From: a bacterium
GTDB lineage: Bacteria; Patescibacteriota; Microgenomatia; UBA8517
NCBI GenBank assembly: GCA_021824915.1
Contig: JAKAJP010000018.1
Location: 596 to 64,595 of the forward strand
Reading direction: 5' to 3'
DNA length: 64,000 nucleotides
The translations under genes were made by a program, and so were the position numbers. The notes beneath the pieces are model-generated. The model saw only the letters and a list, made by a program, of their open reading frames with translations. It made no database searches and had not been told where the DNA came from. The first letter of the stretch is position 1. Each line of letters opens with the position of its first letter. This document shows, piece by piece, positions 49,182-59,299 of this stretch.

Positions 49182-50237
49182 ATGAGATCAATTAGCTCGC
49201 TTCCGCTGTCTCTTGGACTTGTGATTTTTTCGTTCTTGGTTAACTCAGTGATAATAATTCCTTTTATTGATCTTCTTTATAAACTCAACCTCACAAGAAG
49301 AGTCGAGGCGCCAAAGAAAGGCAAAATACCGCTTTTTGATAAATTGCATGATATTAAGGCCGGTACCCCGGTTGGGGGCGGAATTTTAATTATCGTTATG
49401 GTTAGTTTGCTATTTGTCATTCTTTTTCCGCTGGCATCGCGTTTAGGAGTCTTTATTCATACGGCATATAACCTTCGTGGTGAATTAACGGTCATTTTCT
49501 TTACTTTTATTTCCTTTGGTCTTTTGGGTCTTTTTGATGACCTGATCAAAATGTTTGGAAAACCTACGCAGGGGATACTGGGTTATTGGTTTGGTATAAG
49601 ACGGTGGCACAAATTTATAATTCAGTGGATTTTGGGTTTAATAACTGCCTATATGATTTATGGCTATCTTGGCATTGATATAATTCACATACCATTAATA
49701 GGAACGGTTTATCATTTGGGGATTTGGTTTGTGCCTTTTGCGGCATTTGTAATTGTCGCTTTTACAAACGCTTTTAATATAACGGACGGGTTGGATGGGT
49801 TGGCCTCCGGACTCTTGATAATTTGTTTGGGAGCCTTTGGAATAATTGCGGCGGGAAATCTTGATACACCACTTTCTCTTTTTATAGGTCTATGGATGGG
49901 GGCCTTGGTTGCTTTTTTATATTTCAATATTTGGCCTGCAAGAATTTTCCTGGGTGATGCCGGGGCTCTTTCATTTGGGGCGAGTTTGGCGGTTATCGGA
50001 CTTTTGACCGGCAGTATTGTTGCACTAGTGGTCATTGGGGGAATATTTGTTATTGAGATAACCTCATCTGCTATTCAGATTGTTGGTTGGAAGGTCTTTA
50101 AGAAACCAATTTTTCCACTCGCCCCTATACACCACAGTTTTTTGGCAATAGGTTGGGAAGAGCCAAAAATTGTTATGAGAGCGTGGCTCTTTGGACTTAT
50201 GCTAGCAGTTTTTGGTCTTTGGCTGGCCACAATTTAG
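49182..50237 (+). CDS. mraY: Phospho-MurNAc-pentapeptide transferase
   Basis: KAGTPVGGG, DD, NITDGLDGL, FLGDAG, APIHH, WEE. Confidence 0.95.
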   Translation: MRSISSLPLSLGLVIFSFLVNSVIIIPFIDLLYKLNLTRRVEAPKKGKIPLFDKLHDIKAGTPVGGGILIIVMVSLLFVILFPLASRLGVFIHTAYNLRGELTVIFFTFISFGLLGLFDDLIKMFGKPTQGILGYWFGIRRWHKFIIQWILGLITAYMIYGYLGIDIIHIPLIGTVYHLGIWFVPFAAFVIVAFTNAFNITDGLDGLASGLLIICLGAFGIIAAGNLDTPLSLFIGLWMGALVAFLYFNIWPARIFLGDAGALSFGASLAVIGLLTGSIVALVVIGGIFVIEITSSAIQIVGWKVFKKPIFPLAPIHHSFLAIGWEEPKIVMRAWLFGLMLAVFGLWLATI

Positions 50238-50247
50238 CTCCCAATTA

Positions 50248-51348
50248 ATGCGTCAAAAAAAGAGTTTTCTTTCAAAACAAGTCAAGAAACCCGACAGGAG
50301 TTTGTTGATTTTAATTTTGGTTTTTGTATTTCTTGGTCTTGTTGCGGTCGCGGATGTTTCTGCCCCACAAGCACTATCCCAATTTAACGACAAGTTTTTT
50401 TTCTTGAAACAACAGGCAATCTGGGCAGTTCTCGGTTTGATTGCAATGTTTGTAGTTTCAAAGATCGACTACAAGTTTTGGGAGAAAGTTGCTACGCCAT
50501 TTTTCTTCGCAGCTGTTGTTCTTTTGGTGGTTGTATTGATTCCGGGAATTGGAGCCAAACTTTTGGGGGCACGGCGCTGGATTGCAATCGGTTCGTTTAA
50601 TTTACAACCCTCTGAGATTATAAAACTGGCACTCGCTATGTATTTAGCTAAAGTAGCCCAATCAAAAAAAGGAGTATTATCTTTTTTTGTTCCATTCGCT
50701 CTAGTACTTGTTCTCATAATGCTGCAGCCGGATTTGGGAACGGCTCTTGTGGTAGCCTTCTTGGGGTTTTCTCAGATTTTTGTTTCCGGAGTAAATATTT
50801 TATATTTTGTCGGAGCGACATTGATTGGGGCTGTTGCTACGTTGACGTTGATTGTTTTTTCACCATACCGGAAAGATCGTTTAATGACGTTCTTGCAGTC
50901 AACGAGCGATCCCCTAGGACGCGACTATCATATTAGGCAAATTCTTTTGAGCCTGGGTTCTGGGGGAATTTTTGGGGTCGGCATTGGGCAGTCACACCAA
51001 AAATATCTTTTTTTACCGGAGGCGTCCACGGATTCTATTTTTGCGGTAATACTGGAGGAGCTGGGGTTTGTGGGCGGAGTGATATTGATAGGGCTTTTTG
51101 TATATTTTATTTTTAGATTACTTAGGGTTTGTTTGAACGCCCCTGACGATTTTGCAAAAATATTTGCTATAGGGATAACTTGTTGGTTGGGAGGACAAAT
51201 ATTCTTAAACATGGCTTCCATGGTTGCATTAGTACCTCTGACGGGGATTCCGCTTCCATTTTTTTCATACGGGGGCAGTAGTTTGGTTACGATCCTTATA
51301 GCTTGCGGTATACTACTTAATATATCTTCCCATGCAACAAAGACGTAA
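50248..51348 (+). CDS. ftsW: SEDS peptidoglycan polymerase FtsW
   Basis: GARRWI, QPSE, QPDLGT, LPEASTDSIF..EE.G, TGIPLPFFSYGGS; located in dcw cluster. Confidence 0.93.
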   Translation: MRQKKSFLSKQVKKPDRSLLILILVFVFLGLVAVADVSAPQALSQFNDKFFFLKQQAIWAVLGLIAMFVVSKIDYKFWEKVATPFFFAAVVLLVVVLIPGIGAKLLGARRWIAIGSFNLQPSEIIKLALAMYLAKVAQSKKGVLSFFVPFALVLVLIMLQPDLGTALVVAFLGFSQIFVSGVNILYFVGATLIGAVATLTLIVFSPYRKDRLMTFLQSTSDPLGRDYHIRQILLSLGSGGIFGVGIGQSHQKYLFLPEASTDSIFAVILEELGFVGGVILIGLFVYFIFRLLRVCLNAPDDFAKIFAIGITCWLGGQIFLNMASMVALVPLTGIPLPFFSYGGSSLVTILIACGILLNISSHATKT

Positions 51349-52441
51349 AAACATTCTAATGACAGGAGGTCACGCCGCAACGACGGCTCTGGCGGTTATC
51401 GAAGAGATAAAAAGGACCGAGTCATTAAGAGATATTCAAATCTATTTTGTGGGTTCCAGGTATGCAATGGAGGGTCTTGACATTGAAACCCTTGAATATA
51501 AGACTCTTACTAAAATTGGAGTTAATTTTTACCCAATTGTCACCGGTAGGTTGCAAACAAAATTTACCCGATACACATTGTTCTCACTTATTAAAATTCC
51601 GATTGGTTTTGTACATGCTTTTTTTATTTTGTTAAAAATTAAACCCAGACTTGTCCTTACTTTTGGGGGTTTTGCTTCTTTCCCGGTTGTTTTTTGGTCG
51701 TTTTTGTTCGGAATACCGGTTGTCATGCAGGAACAGACAATCGCAGCAGGTAGAGCTGCGATCTTTTCCGCTGTTTTTGCAAGAAAAATATTACTTGCAA
51801 GAAGCGAAAGTCTTAAATATTTCCCCAAAGATAAGTGCGTTGTTACCGGCAATCCAATTATGAGAGAAGTATTAAATATTAAACCGGTTGGTAAACATTC
51901 GCCTGAGAGCATTCTTTTTATGGGCGGTTCACGAGGTTCAAGTTTTGTAAATAAGCTTGCAATGGCAATTATTCCTGAGCTTATAAAGAAATATCACGTT
52001 ATACACATTACGGGTGACAAAGATTTTCCAGAAGTAGTTAAGTTTAAGTCGGCACTATCAAAGGCCACAAGTGATAATTACGAGGTGGTTTCCGGTGCCA
52101 CACCGTTTGAGATGGGCCGATTTTACGGGCAGATCGATTTAGTTGTTGGCCGTGCCGGAGCTAATACGGTTTCCGAAGTTTTATATCTAAAAAAGCCGGC
52201 GATTTTTATTCCCCTCGGCCTATCGTTTGCGGACGAGCAGACAAAAAATGCCATGTACTCAAAAGAATTTGGGATTGGCCGAGTAATTTCCGAAAAAGAT
52301 GCAACTCCGGTCAGGGTAGCGTCTGAAATTTCTGACGTTTTTAGTGATTATCAATCTATTATTGAAAGAGTTGAAAGTAAATCCTCGCCTGATCTGGATG
52401 CTCCCCAAAAAATTGTCGCTATTCTTAAAGAATATCTTTAA
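51332..52441 (+). CDS. murG: Lipid II GlcNAc transferase
   Basis: TGGH, FGGFAS, QEQ, TGNP, GGSRG, RAGA.T..E, EQ..NA. Confidence 0.92.
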   Translation: MQQRRKNILMTGGHAATTALAVIEEIKRTESLRDIQIYFVGSRYAMEGLDIETLEYKTLTKIGVNFYPIVTGRLQTKFTRYTLFSLIKIPIGFVHAFFILLKIKPRLVLTFGGFASFPVVFWSFLFGIPVVMQEQTIAAGRAAIFSAVFARKILLARSESLKYFPKDKCVVTGNPIMREVLNIKPVGKHSPESILFMGGSRGSSFVNKLAMAIIPELIKKYHVIHITGDKDFPEVVKFKSALSKATSDNYEVVSGATPFEMGRFYGQIDLVVGRAGANTVSEVLYLKKPAIFIPLGLSFADEQTKNAMYSKEFGIGRVISEKDATPVRVASEISDVFSDYQSIIERVESKSSPDLDAPQKIVAILKEYL

Positions 52442-53111
52442 CGTCGGTATCCGTTGGTTTTTAATCCTTATTACCCCGGGTATTGTCCTATTCGCTATTG
52501 CTTTTCCGTTTTTTGCCAAAGCGAAGTCTTTTGAGTGTTCTACACAATATGGGCCCTGTTCGGATCAGGTAAATTCTGCCTTAACGTCTTTTTCCGGGAA
52601 AACAATTTTTACAGCAAGACGTGAGATAAAAAATCTGTTACGCAAGGATATTTATATAAAAAATATGACGGTTAGGTTTACTTTTCCGGACAAGATCAGT
52701 GTCGACATACTTATCAAGAAGCCATCGTTTTGTATAAGTACCGATAACCCTCAAAAATTTGCTTTTGTAGATGAAGATGGCGTAATTTTGACTTTGGCCT
52801 CCTCCTGTGCACTTCCGGAAGTTTTAACAAAACCAACGCCCCGTATTCAGGGGCAGAAGGTTCTCGATCAGGAACTCTTTTCTCTAAAAATTGTTCGCGG
52901 GGTTTATGAAATGTATCAAGTGTCAACGGGAGTGCTTAACGACAATTTGACCGTTGAACTCGGAAGTGGGATCAAGGTAATATTTCCTGTGCAGGGGGAT
53001 AGTGATGCCCTACTCGGGGCGTTGCGGCTTATTTATACTAAAATTCAAAAGTATTTCCCGGGAAAGTATAAGGAAATCGACTTGCGTTTTGATAGTCCTG
53101 TATTAAGATAA
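52398..53111 (+). CDS. ftsQ: FtsQ/DivIB-like protein (start uncertain)
   Basis: TM, POTRA-like FPDKI, C-terminal IDLRF; between murG and ftsA. Confidence 0.75.
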   Translation: MLPKKLSLFLKNIFNVGIRWFLILITPGIVLFAIAFPFFAKAKSFECSTQYGPCSDQVNSALTSFSGKTIFTARREIKNLLRKDIYIKNMTVRFTFPDKISVDILIKKPSFCISTDNPQKFAFVDEDGVILTLASSCALPEVLTKPTPRIQGQKVLDQELFSLKIVRGVYEMYQVSTGVLNDNLTVELGSGIKVIFPVQGDSDALLGALRLIYTKIQKYFPGKYKEIDLRFDSPVLR

Positions 53112-53118
53112 GGAAGTT

Positions 53119-54378
53119 ATGGGTAAAACAAAGATAATTGCCGGAATCGAGATGGGTTCCTCAAAAATTGCAACTTTAGTTGCTCAAGTAAATTTAGATC
53201 CGGTTACTATGGAGACTTCAATTAATGTGATAGGTGCTTCTTCGGTCAACTCTCAGGGAATTAAGAAGGGTCAGATAGTTGATATTGAGGAAGCTGTTGA
53301 GGCAACTATTGCATCAGTCGAAGCTGCTGAAAGGATGGCGGGTTATAGCCTTGAATCTGCCTATATTGCTTTAGGTGGAGCGCATGTACGTAGTCAAAAC
53401 TCACATGGAGTTGTTGCAGTATCGGACCCTCAGGGCGAGATAACTCAGAACGATGTAGACAGGGCGATTGAAGCCGCGGCTGCTATCTCTGTTCCTACAT
53501 CAAGGGAGGTTGTGCACGTTTTACCGCGGGAGTTTGTTGTCGATGGAGAGACCGGGGTTAAAGATCCGGTCGGAATGAGTGGGGTGCGTCTTGAAGTTGA
53601 CACGCATATTGTTTCGGCCGCTGTTAGTTCCATAAAAAACTTAACGAAAGCCATCGGCGAAGTTGGGGTAGAAATCTCCGACATGGTTTTTTCGGGTCTT
53701 GCTTCGGCAGAGGCTGTAGTGAGTTCAACCGAAAAGGAATTGGGGTGTGTGCTTGTTGATATTGGCGGTGGAACAACCTCCATTGCCGTGTTTTTGGAGG
53801 GTTCACTTGCGTATTCCGGAGTAATCCCTGTTGGGGCTAAAAATGTTACCAACGATTTGGCGATAGGTCTTCGAGTTTCATTGGAAACCGCGGAGAAAAT
53901 AAAAATTGCCCTTTCTTCCAAGAAAAAGGATAAGGAGGAAAGTGATGAGATAGATTTGGAGAGTCTTGGAATTTCAGAGGTGAAGAAAATATCCAAGAAA
54001 ACCCTTCTTGAAGGGATAATTAGGCCACGCCTAAATGAAATTTTTACAATGGTTCGTCTTGAACTTGAAAAAGAAGGCTTGGCTACGAGAATTCCGAGCG
54101 GCGCAATCGTTACTGGCGGAGGAGCAGAGACTGCCGGAGTTATCGATTCAGCAAAAAGAATGCTCTCCTTACCGGTCCGGATTGGGATTCCGAAGGGAAT
54201 TAGTGGATTAATTGACGATATTATTGTTCCCTCTTTCGCAACCCCTGTCGGTCTTATTATTTATGGATCGAAAGACAGTCAAAGCGAGAACTTGACAACA
54301 TTCGGGAAAAAGATGAAACTACCTGTGACTGGAATTTTCGGAAAAATTGTATCAACAGTTAAGGATCTTCTGCCCTAG
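53119..54378 (+). CDS. ftsA: Cell division protein FtsA
   Basis: GSSKI, GIKKG, AERMAG, PVGMSGVRLE, DIGGGTT, TGGGA. Confidence 0.96.
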   Translation: MGKTKIIAGIEMGSSKIATLVAQVNLDPVTMETSINVIGASSVNSQGIKKGQIVDIEEAVEATIASVEAAERMAGYSLESAYIALGGAHVRSQNSHGVVAVSDPQGEITQNDVDRAIEAAAAISVPTSREVVHVLPREFVVDGETGVKDPVGMSGVRLEVDTHIVSAAVSSIKNLTKAIGEVGVEISDMVFSGLASAEAVVSSTEKELGCVLVDIGGGTTSIAVFLEGSLAYSGVIPVGAKNVTNDLAIGLRVSLETAEKIKIALSSKKKDKEESDEIDLESLGISEVKKISKKTLLEGIIRPRLNEIFTMVRLELEKEGLATRIPSGAIVTGGGAETAGVIDSAKRMLSLPVRIGIPKGISGLIDDIIVPSFATPVGLIIYGSKDSQSENLTTFGKKMKLPVTGIFGKIVSTVKDLLP

Positions 54379-54422
54379 TTGTTTTTTTCTTCTGCCCCAT
54401 ATAAAATCCTGCTACAAAAGGC

Positions 54423-55577
54423 ATGGCACTCGTAAAACCTGATTCTGCAAGAATTGCAAAAATAAAAGTTATTGGTGTGGGTGGTGGTGGAGGAAATGCG
54501 GTTACCTCAATGATTGATGGCGGTAACATTAATGGGGTTGAATTTATTGCTATTAATACAGACGCTCAGGTTCTTCTTGCAAATAAAGCCCCAACGAAAC
54601 TTCAGATAGGAGAAAAGTTGACTAAAGGTCTTGGCGTTGGAGGAAATCCGGGAATTGGCGAGCAGGCGGCAGAAGAATCAGTTGAAAAAATTAAGGAGCT
54701 TCTTATTGATAGCGATATGGTTTTTATAACGGCCGGAATGGGTGGGGGAACCGGTACCGGGGCTGCACCTGTGATCGCGAAATTAGCAAAAGAAACCGGA
54801 GCTCTTACCGTTGCAATTGTTACAAAACCTTTTGCCTTCGAGGGAACGAGAAGGATGGTTGCAGCGGAAGATGGAATAGAGAAGCTTAAAGATTCAACTG
54901 ATACTCTTATTGTTATACCGAATCAAAGATTAATGGACGTGATTGATAGGAAGATGACTCTTCTTGAAGCTTTTAAGGTGGTTGACTCTGTACTGGGTCA
55001 GGCGGTTGGAGGAATTGCGGACATCATAACTACTGCAGGTTTGGTTAATGTTGATTTTGCAGATGTTAAAACAATAATGAAAGACGCAGGAACGGCACTT
55101 TTGGGAATTGGAACCGGGGTAGGGGAAAATAGGGCCCAAATGGCGGCCCGTGCTGCAGTTAGCTCTCCACTTCTTGATCTTTCAATCGAAGGGGCCAGAG
55201 GAGTTCTTTTTAACATTGCCGGTGGACAGGACCTTACGATGTTTGAGGTCGATGAGGCTGCAAGGATCATTTCTTCGGCTGCTGATCCTGATGCAAATGT
55301 CATTTTTGGAGCCGTAATTAAAGACGACCTCAGTGATCAAGTCAGAATTACTGTTATTGCAACAGGGTTTGATGAAACTAGATCCCGTCTTGCACAGATG
55401 AGTAAGCCGTTGGTGTCTAAACCGGTTGTTCAAGGGGTGGTTAGCGAGGTTTCACAAAAAGAAGAGGAAGAGGAAAAAAGGAACGAGCCTCCTACTGAAA
55501 CTGGCGGTTCTCAAGACGACGAGGACATTTTTGGCGAAAAGTTTGAAATCCCTGCATTTTTAAGGAAGATTCACTAG
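54423..55577 (+). CDS. ftsZ: Cell division protein FtsZ
   Basis: [24 protein letters not shown]-terminal EIPAFLR. Confidence 0.98.
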   Translation: MALVKPDSARIAKIKVIGVGGGGGNAVTSMIDGGNINGVEFIAINTDAQVLLANKAPTKLQIGEKLTKGLGVGGNPGIGEQAAEESVEKIKELLIDSDMVFITAGMGGGTGTGAAPVIAKLAKETGALTVAIVTKPFAFEGTRRMVAAEDGIEKLKDSTDTLIVIPNQRLMDVIDRKMTLLEAFKVVDSVLGQAVGGIADIITTAGLVNVDFADVKTIMKDAGTALLGIGTGVGENRAQMAARAAVSSPLLDLSIEGARGVLFNIAGGQDLTMFEVDEAARIISSAADPDANVIFGAVIKDDLSDQVRITVIATGFDETRSRLAQMSKPLVSKPVVQGVVSEVSQKEEEEEKRNEPPTETGGSQDDEDIFGEKFEIPAFLRKIH

Positions 55578-55588
55578 TTTAGATATTA

Positions 55589-55771
55589 TTAAGCTAAAGG
55601 TGTAGGAGACGGCTGAGGGGTGAAACTCTCGTTTTTTTTGACTTCGGGTTGTATTTCGATAGCTTCAGCGGGTTTCTCTTTTAATTTCCCCATATCCGTT
55701 TCCACTACGGGGCTTTTTAGACTTTGTCCGTAAACATTTGGGTCCTTGCCTGTTAAGTCTTCGATTGCCAT
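55589..55771 (-). CDS. Small hypothetical protein
   Basis: 60-aa ORF filling the gap; TAAAAT 9 nt upstream. Confidence 0.5.
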   Translation of the reverse strand: MAIEDLTGKDPNVYGQSLKSPVVETDMGKLKEKPAEAIEIQPEVKKNESFTPQPSPTPLA

Positions 55772-55815
55772 TTGATTGCGATTTTACTTCAAGTATCTAT
55801 GCAAGTCAAAATAAA

Positions 55816-56256
55816 TTATTTCCCTACCGGACAGACTTCAATTTCGTTGGGTTGATAAACACCACCTACATTTTCGGTTGTGATTTTGTTGTTTGTATCA
55901 CCGCCGAATTTTCCCATTTCCTGGCCATCTCTATAAATTACAACTTCGGTTTTTGGATACCCAAGAGCTCTTGAGGCACCAAAAGCCGTTTGAAGGTTTC
56001 CTACTTCCGTTTTTCCGACAATTACACATCCGTTAGGTTCAAGTTCGTAAGTAGCACCCGTATCCGGGCTTTTAATTGTAGTTACCGGTGTAGGGCTGAG
56101 AGCCGGAAGGGCTTTGGTTGGCTGAGTTTCAGGTGTAGGCTCAATATTGCCAGTAAGCGTTGGGGCTACATTTCTTGAACGTAGCACGTAACCAACTCCA
56201 AGCGCGATGGAGGTTGTTACTGCGATAGCGGCATATATCAGTTTCTTTCTTTCCAC
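55816..56256 (-). CDS. Hypothetical membrane-anchored protein
   Basis: N-terminal TM, Pro/Thr linker, two Cys; TAAAAT 6 nt before GTG. Confidence 0.7.
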   Translation of the reverse strand: MERKKLIYAAIAVTTSIALGVGYVLRSRNVAPTLTGNIEPTPETQPTKALPALSPTPVTTIKSPDTGATYELEPNGCVIVGKTEVGNLQTAFGASRALGYPKTEVVIYRDGQEMGKFGGDTNNKITTENVGGVYQPNEIEVCPVGK

Positions 56257-56354
56257 AACCGGATTTTAGTACTACTATGAGATGAACGCAAACGAAAATG
56301 GCTTCCACAAAGGTTGGAAGTTGATGTACAATAGCTTCAAGCGAAAGCTTTTTT

Positions 56355-59294
56355 ATGGCCGTCAAAAAGGCATATTTTGAACCAGTTGATCTTAAGGTTG
56401 ATTTTCCTGAAATGGAAAGGAAACTCTTGGCTAAATGGTATAAGTCAGGACTAGTCAAAAAATACCTCTCGAGAAACAGAGACTCCAAAAAATACTTCTC
56501 TTTCCTAGATGGACCGATTACAGCCAATAACCCCATGGGAGTTCACCATGCCTGGGGTAGAACTTATAAAGACCTTTGGCAGCGATGTAAGAACATGCAA
56601 GGATACAAAGAGAGGTTTCAAAATGGTTTTGATGCTCAGGGTCTTTGGGTTGAGGTTGAGGTTGAAAAGGAACTTGGCTTTAAGAATAAGCGCGATATTG
56701 AAAAATTTGGGGTGGCCAAGTTTGTCCAACTTTGTAAGGATCGGGTAAAAAAATATTCTGAAATTCAGACCGAACAAAGCAAACGTTTGGGTTACTTCAT
56801 GGACTGGGATAATTCTTACTACACATTAAGCGACGATAACAATTACATGATTTGGCATTTTTTGAAGGTAGCCTATGAGAATGGTTGGATTTATAAAGGC
56901 GCGGACTCTGTTCCTTGGTGCCCGAGATGCGAAACTGCAATTTCCCAGCATGAAATGCTGACCGAGGATTATAAAGAACTGACGCATGAATCCGTTTATT
57001 TAGCATTCCCCATTATTGGAAAGAATGATGAATATTTATTGGTATGGACAACGACTCCCTGGACGGTCCCCGCAAATATTGCGATAGCGGTTGATGTTGA
57101 TTTGGAGTATGCATTAGTACAAAAAGATAAATATAAATATTGGATTGCAAGAGAGGCGGTAGCCAGAGTTTTTGCTGGTGAAAAAATTAAAGAGCTTAAA
57201 GTTGTTAGAGGTGAGAAATTGGTTGGCTTGAAGTATAAAGGTGCCTTTGATGATCTTCCCAAGGTTAAGGAAGTTATGGTGGGCAAAAATGACAAGTTTC
57301 ATATTGTTGTTGCCACAGATAACCTGATTTTACCGGTAACAACCACCGAAGGGACCGGTATGGTTCACACAGCGGTTTCAGCAGGGTCGGAAGACTTTAA
57401 GCTTGGTAAAAAGATAGGTCTCCCAATGATCCCAATCATTAACGATGACGCTTCGTATATGGAAGGGCTTGGAATTTTCTCCGGTGCTAATGCCAAGAAA
57501 CATCCTGAGATTATTCTTGACTATCTTCGAGACCTTGATAGTAAGGGTGAACACTTTTATTACAAGGTTGAAAAGTATACTCACAGGTACCCGGCTTGCT
57601 GGAGATGTAAGACAGAGCTTGTCTGGAAGGTTACGGATGAATGGTACATTTCAATGGATAGGGGTGAACCCACTCTAAGACAAAGAATGATTGATGTTGC
57701 CCAGAAAATTAACTGGATTCCGGGTTTTGGCCTTGACCGCGAACTTGATTGGCTTTCTCATATGCATGATTGGCTTATTAGTAAGAAAAATCGATATTGG
57801 GGTCTCGCTCTCCCCATTTGGGAATGTAAAAAATGTGGTCACTTTGAGGTAATAGGTTCCAAAGAGGAGTTGAAAGAAAAGGCGGTTGAGGGCTGGAAAG
57901 AATTTGACGGAGAAAGTCCGCATAAACCCCAAATTGATGCAGTCAAAATAAAGTGTTCAAAATGTGGCCAAGTGGTCTCACGAATTGAGCCGGTTGGTAA
58001 TCCCTGGCTTGACGCCGGAATTGTTGCTTTTTCAACAATCAGTGAGAATAATAAAGCAGCCAATTTTTCACCGACGAAGACTAAACCCCTATACGAATCC
58101 AATAAAGAAATCTGGGCTAACTGGATTCCGGCGGATTTTATTACCGAAAGTTTCCCCGGTCAGTTTAAGAATTGGTTTTACGCATTGATTGCGATGAGTA
58201 CAGTCTTGGAAAACAAAGCTCCAATGAAAACTGTTTTGGGTTTTGGAACAATGGTAGACGAAAACGGTAGACCGTTTCACAAGTCGACAGGTAATGCAAT
58301 TGAGTTTGTCGAGGGGGCAAACAACGCCGGCGCGGATGTCATCAGATGGTTTTGTGCAAGAACTGATCCCGCTCAAAATGTTCTATTCGGATATAAAAGT
58401 GCCGATGAAATAAGAAGAAAATTCCATTTGAAACTTTGGAATGTTTATAACTTTTTTGTGACATATGCGAATTTGGATGGTTGGGTACCCACCAAAACTA
58501 AGTTGGTAAAGCCTAAAAGCACAAATGTTTTGGATAAATGGATATTGGTTAGATTGAGTAGCGTGATTGGCTCTGTCACCGCAAGTTTGGAAAAATTTGA
58601 TGCTTTCGGAGCGTCCTTAGAAATTGAGAAATTTGTCGACGACCTTTCGCTCTGGTATATAAGGCGTTCGAGAGATAGGGTTGGGCCGGCTGCCGAATCG
58701 CAAAAAGATAAAGAAGCTTTTTACGATACAACTTACTATATACTACTAACTCTTTGTAAGCTTCTTGCTCCTTTTACCCCGTTTATTTCCGAAATCATTT
58801 ACTCAAATCTTACAAGGGAAACTTCGGTTCATCTTGCGGATTGGCCACAGCCTTTCAAAATTACTAACGACTCGATTGTTGGTGAAATGGAAATGGCAAG
58901 AAACGTAGTTGAGACAGCCCACGCCAAAAGGCGCGAAAAACAAATTTCAGTCAAGCAACCATTGATGTCGTTTTCGAGCACTTCTGAAGCGGTATCCAAA
59001 AATGTTGAGGATCTTATAAAAGACGAGATAAATGTAAAGAAGATTGTTTGGAAAGCAAAAACTAATAAATTTGATACAAAAGTAACCCGCGAGCTTGAGG
59101 ACGAATTGTACGTTCGGGATTTGGTAAGAAAAATTCAGGATAGAAGGAAGGAGATGGGGTTAAATTTGACTCAAAGAGTTGAAGTTAGAATAGAGACGCT
59201 ACCGGTGAATAAAAAATTGGTTAACTGGATGATGAAAAAAGCCCAAATTTCAAAATTGGGCAAGGGCAAATTTAGTGTGACAAAGTTCTCCTAA
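56355..59294 (+). CDS. ileS: Isoleucine--tRNA ligase, type 2, with GVHH/PFHKS signature variants
   Basis: DGPITAN, WTTTPWT, GTGMVH, HRYPACWRC, DWLISK.RYWG, LSLWYIRRSRDR. Confidence 0.95.
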   Translation: MAVKKAYFEPVDLKVDFPEMERKLLAKWYKSGLVKKYLSRNRDSKKYFSFLDGPITANNPMGVHHAWGRTYKDLWQRCKNMQGYKERFQNGFDAQGLWVEVEVEKELGFKNKRDIEKFGVAKFVQLCKDRVKKYSEIQTEQSKRLGYFMDWDNSYYTLSDDNNYMIWHFLKVAYENGWIYKGADSVPWCPRCETAISQHEMLTEDYKELTHESVYLAFPIIGKNDEYLLVWTTTPWTVPANIAIAVDVDLEYALVQKDKYKYWIAREAVARVFAGEKIKELKVVRGEKLVGLKYKGAFDDLPKVKEVMVGKNDKFHIVVATDNLILPVTTTEGTGMVHTAVSAGSEDFKLGKKIGLPMIPIINDDASYMEGLGIFSGANAKKHPEIILDYLRDLDSKGEHFYYKVEKYTHRYPACWRCKTELVWKVTDEWYISMDRGEPTLRQRMIDVAQKINWIPGFGLDRELDWLSHMHDWLISKKNRYWGLALPIWECKKCGHFEVIGSKEELKEKAVEGWKEFDGESPHKPQIDAVKIKCSKCGQVVSRIEPVGNPWLDAGIVAFSTISENNKAANFSPTKTKPLYESNKEIWANWIPADFITESFPGQFKNWFYALIAMSTVLENKAPMKTVLGFGTMVDENGRPFHKSTGNAIEFVEGANNAGADVIRWFCARTDPAQNVLFGYKSADEIRRKFHLKLWNVYNFFVTYANLDGWVPTKTKLVKPKSTNVLDKWILVRLSSVIGSVTASLEKFDAFGASLEIEKFVDDLSLWYIRRSRDRVGPAAESQKDKEAFYDTTYYILLTLCKLLAPFTPFISEIIYSNLTRETSVHLADWPQPFKITNDSIVGEMEMARNVVETAHAKRREKQISVKQPLMSFSSTSEAVSKNVEDLIKDEINVKKIVWKAKTNKFDTKVTRELEDELYVRDLVRKIQDRRKEMGLNLTQRVEVRIETLPVNKKLVNWMMKKAQISKLGKGKFSVTKFS

Positions 59295-59299
59295 ACTAA

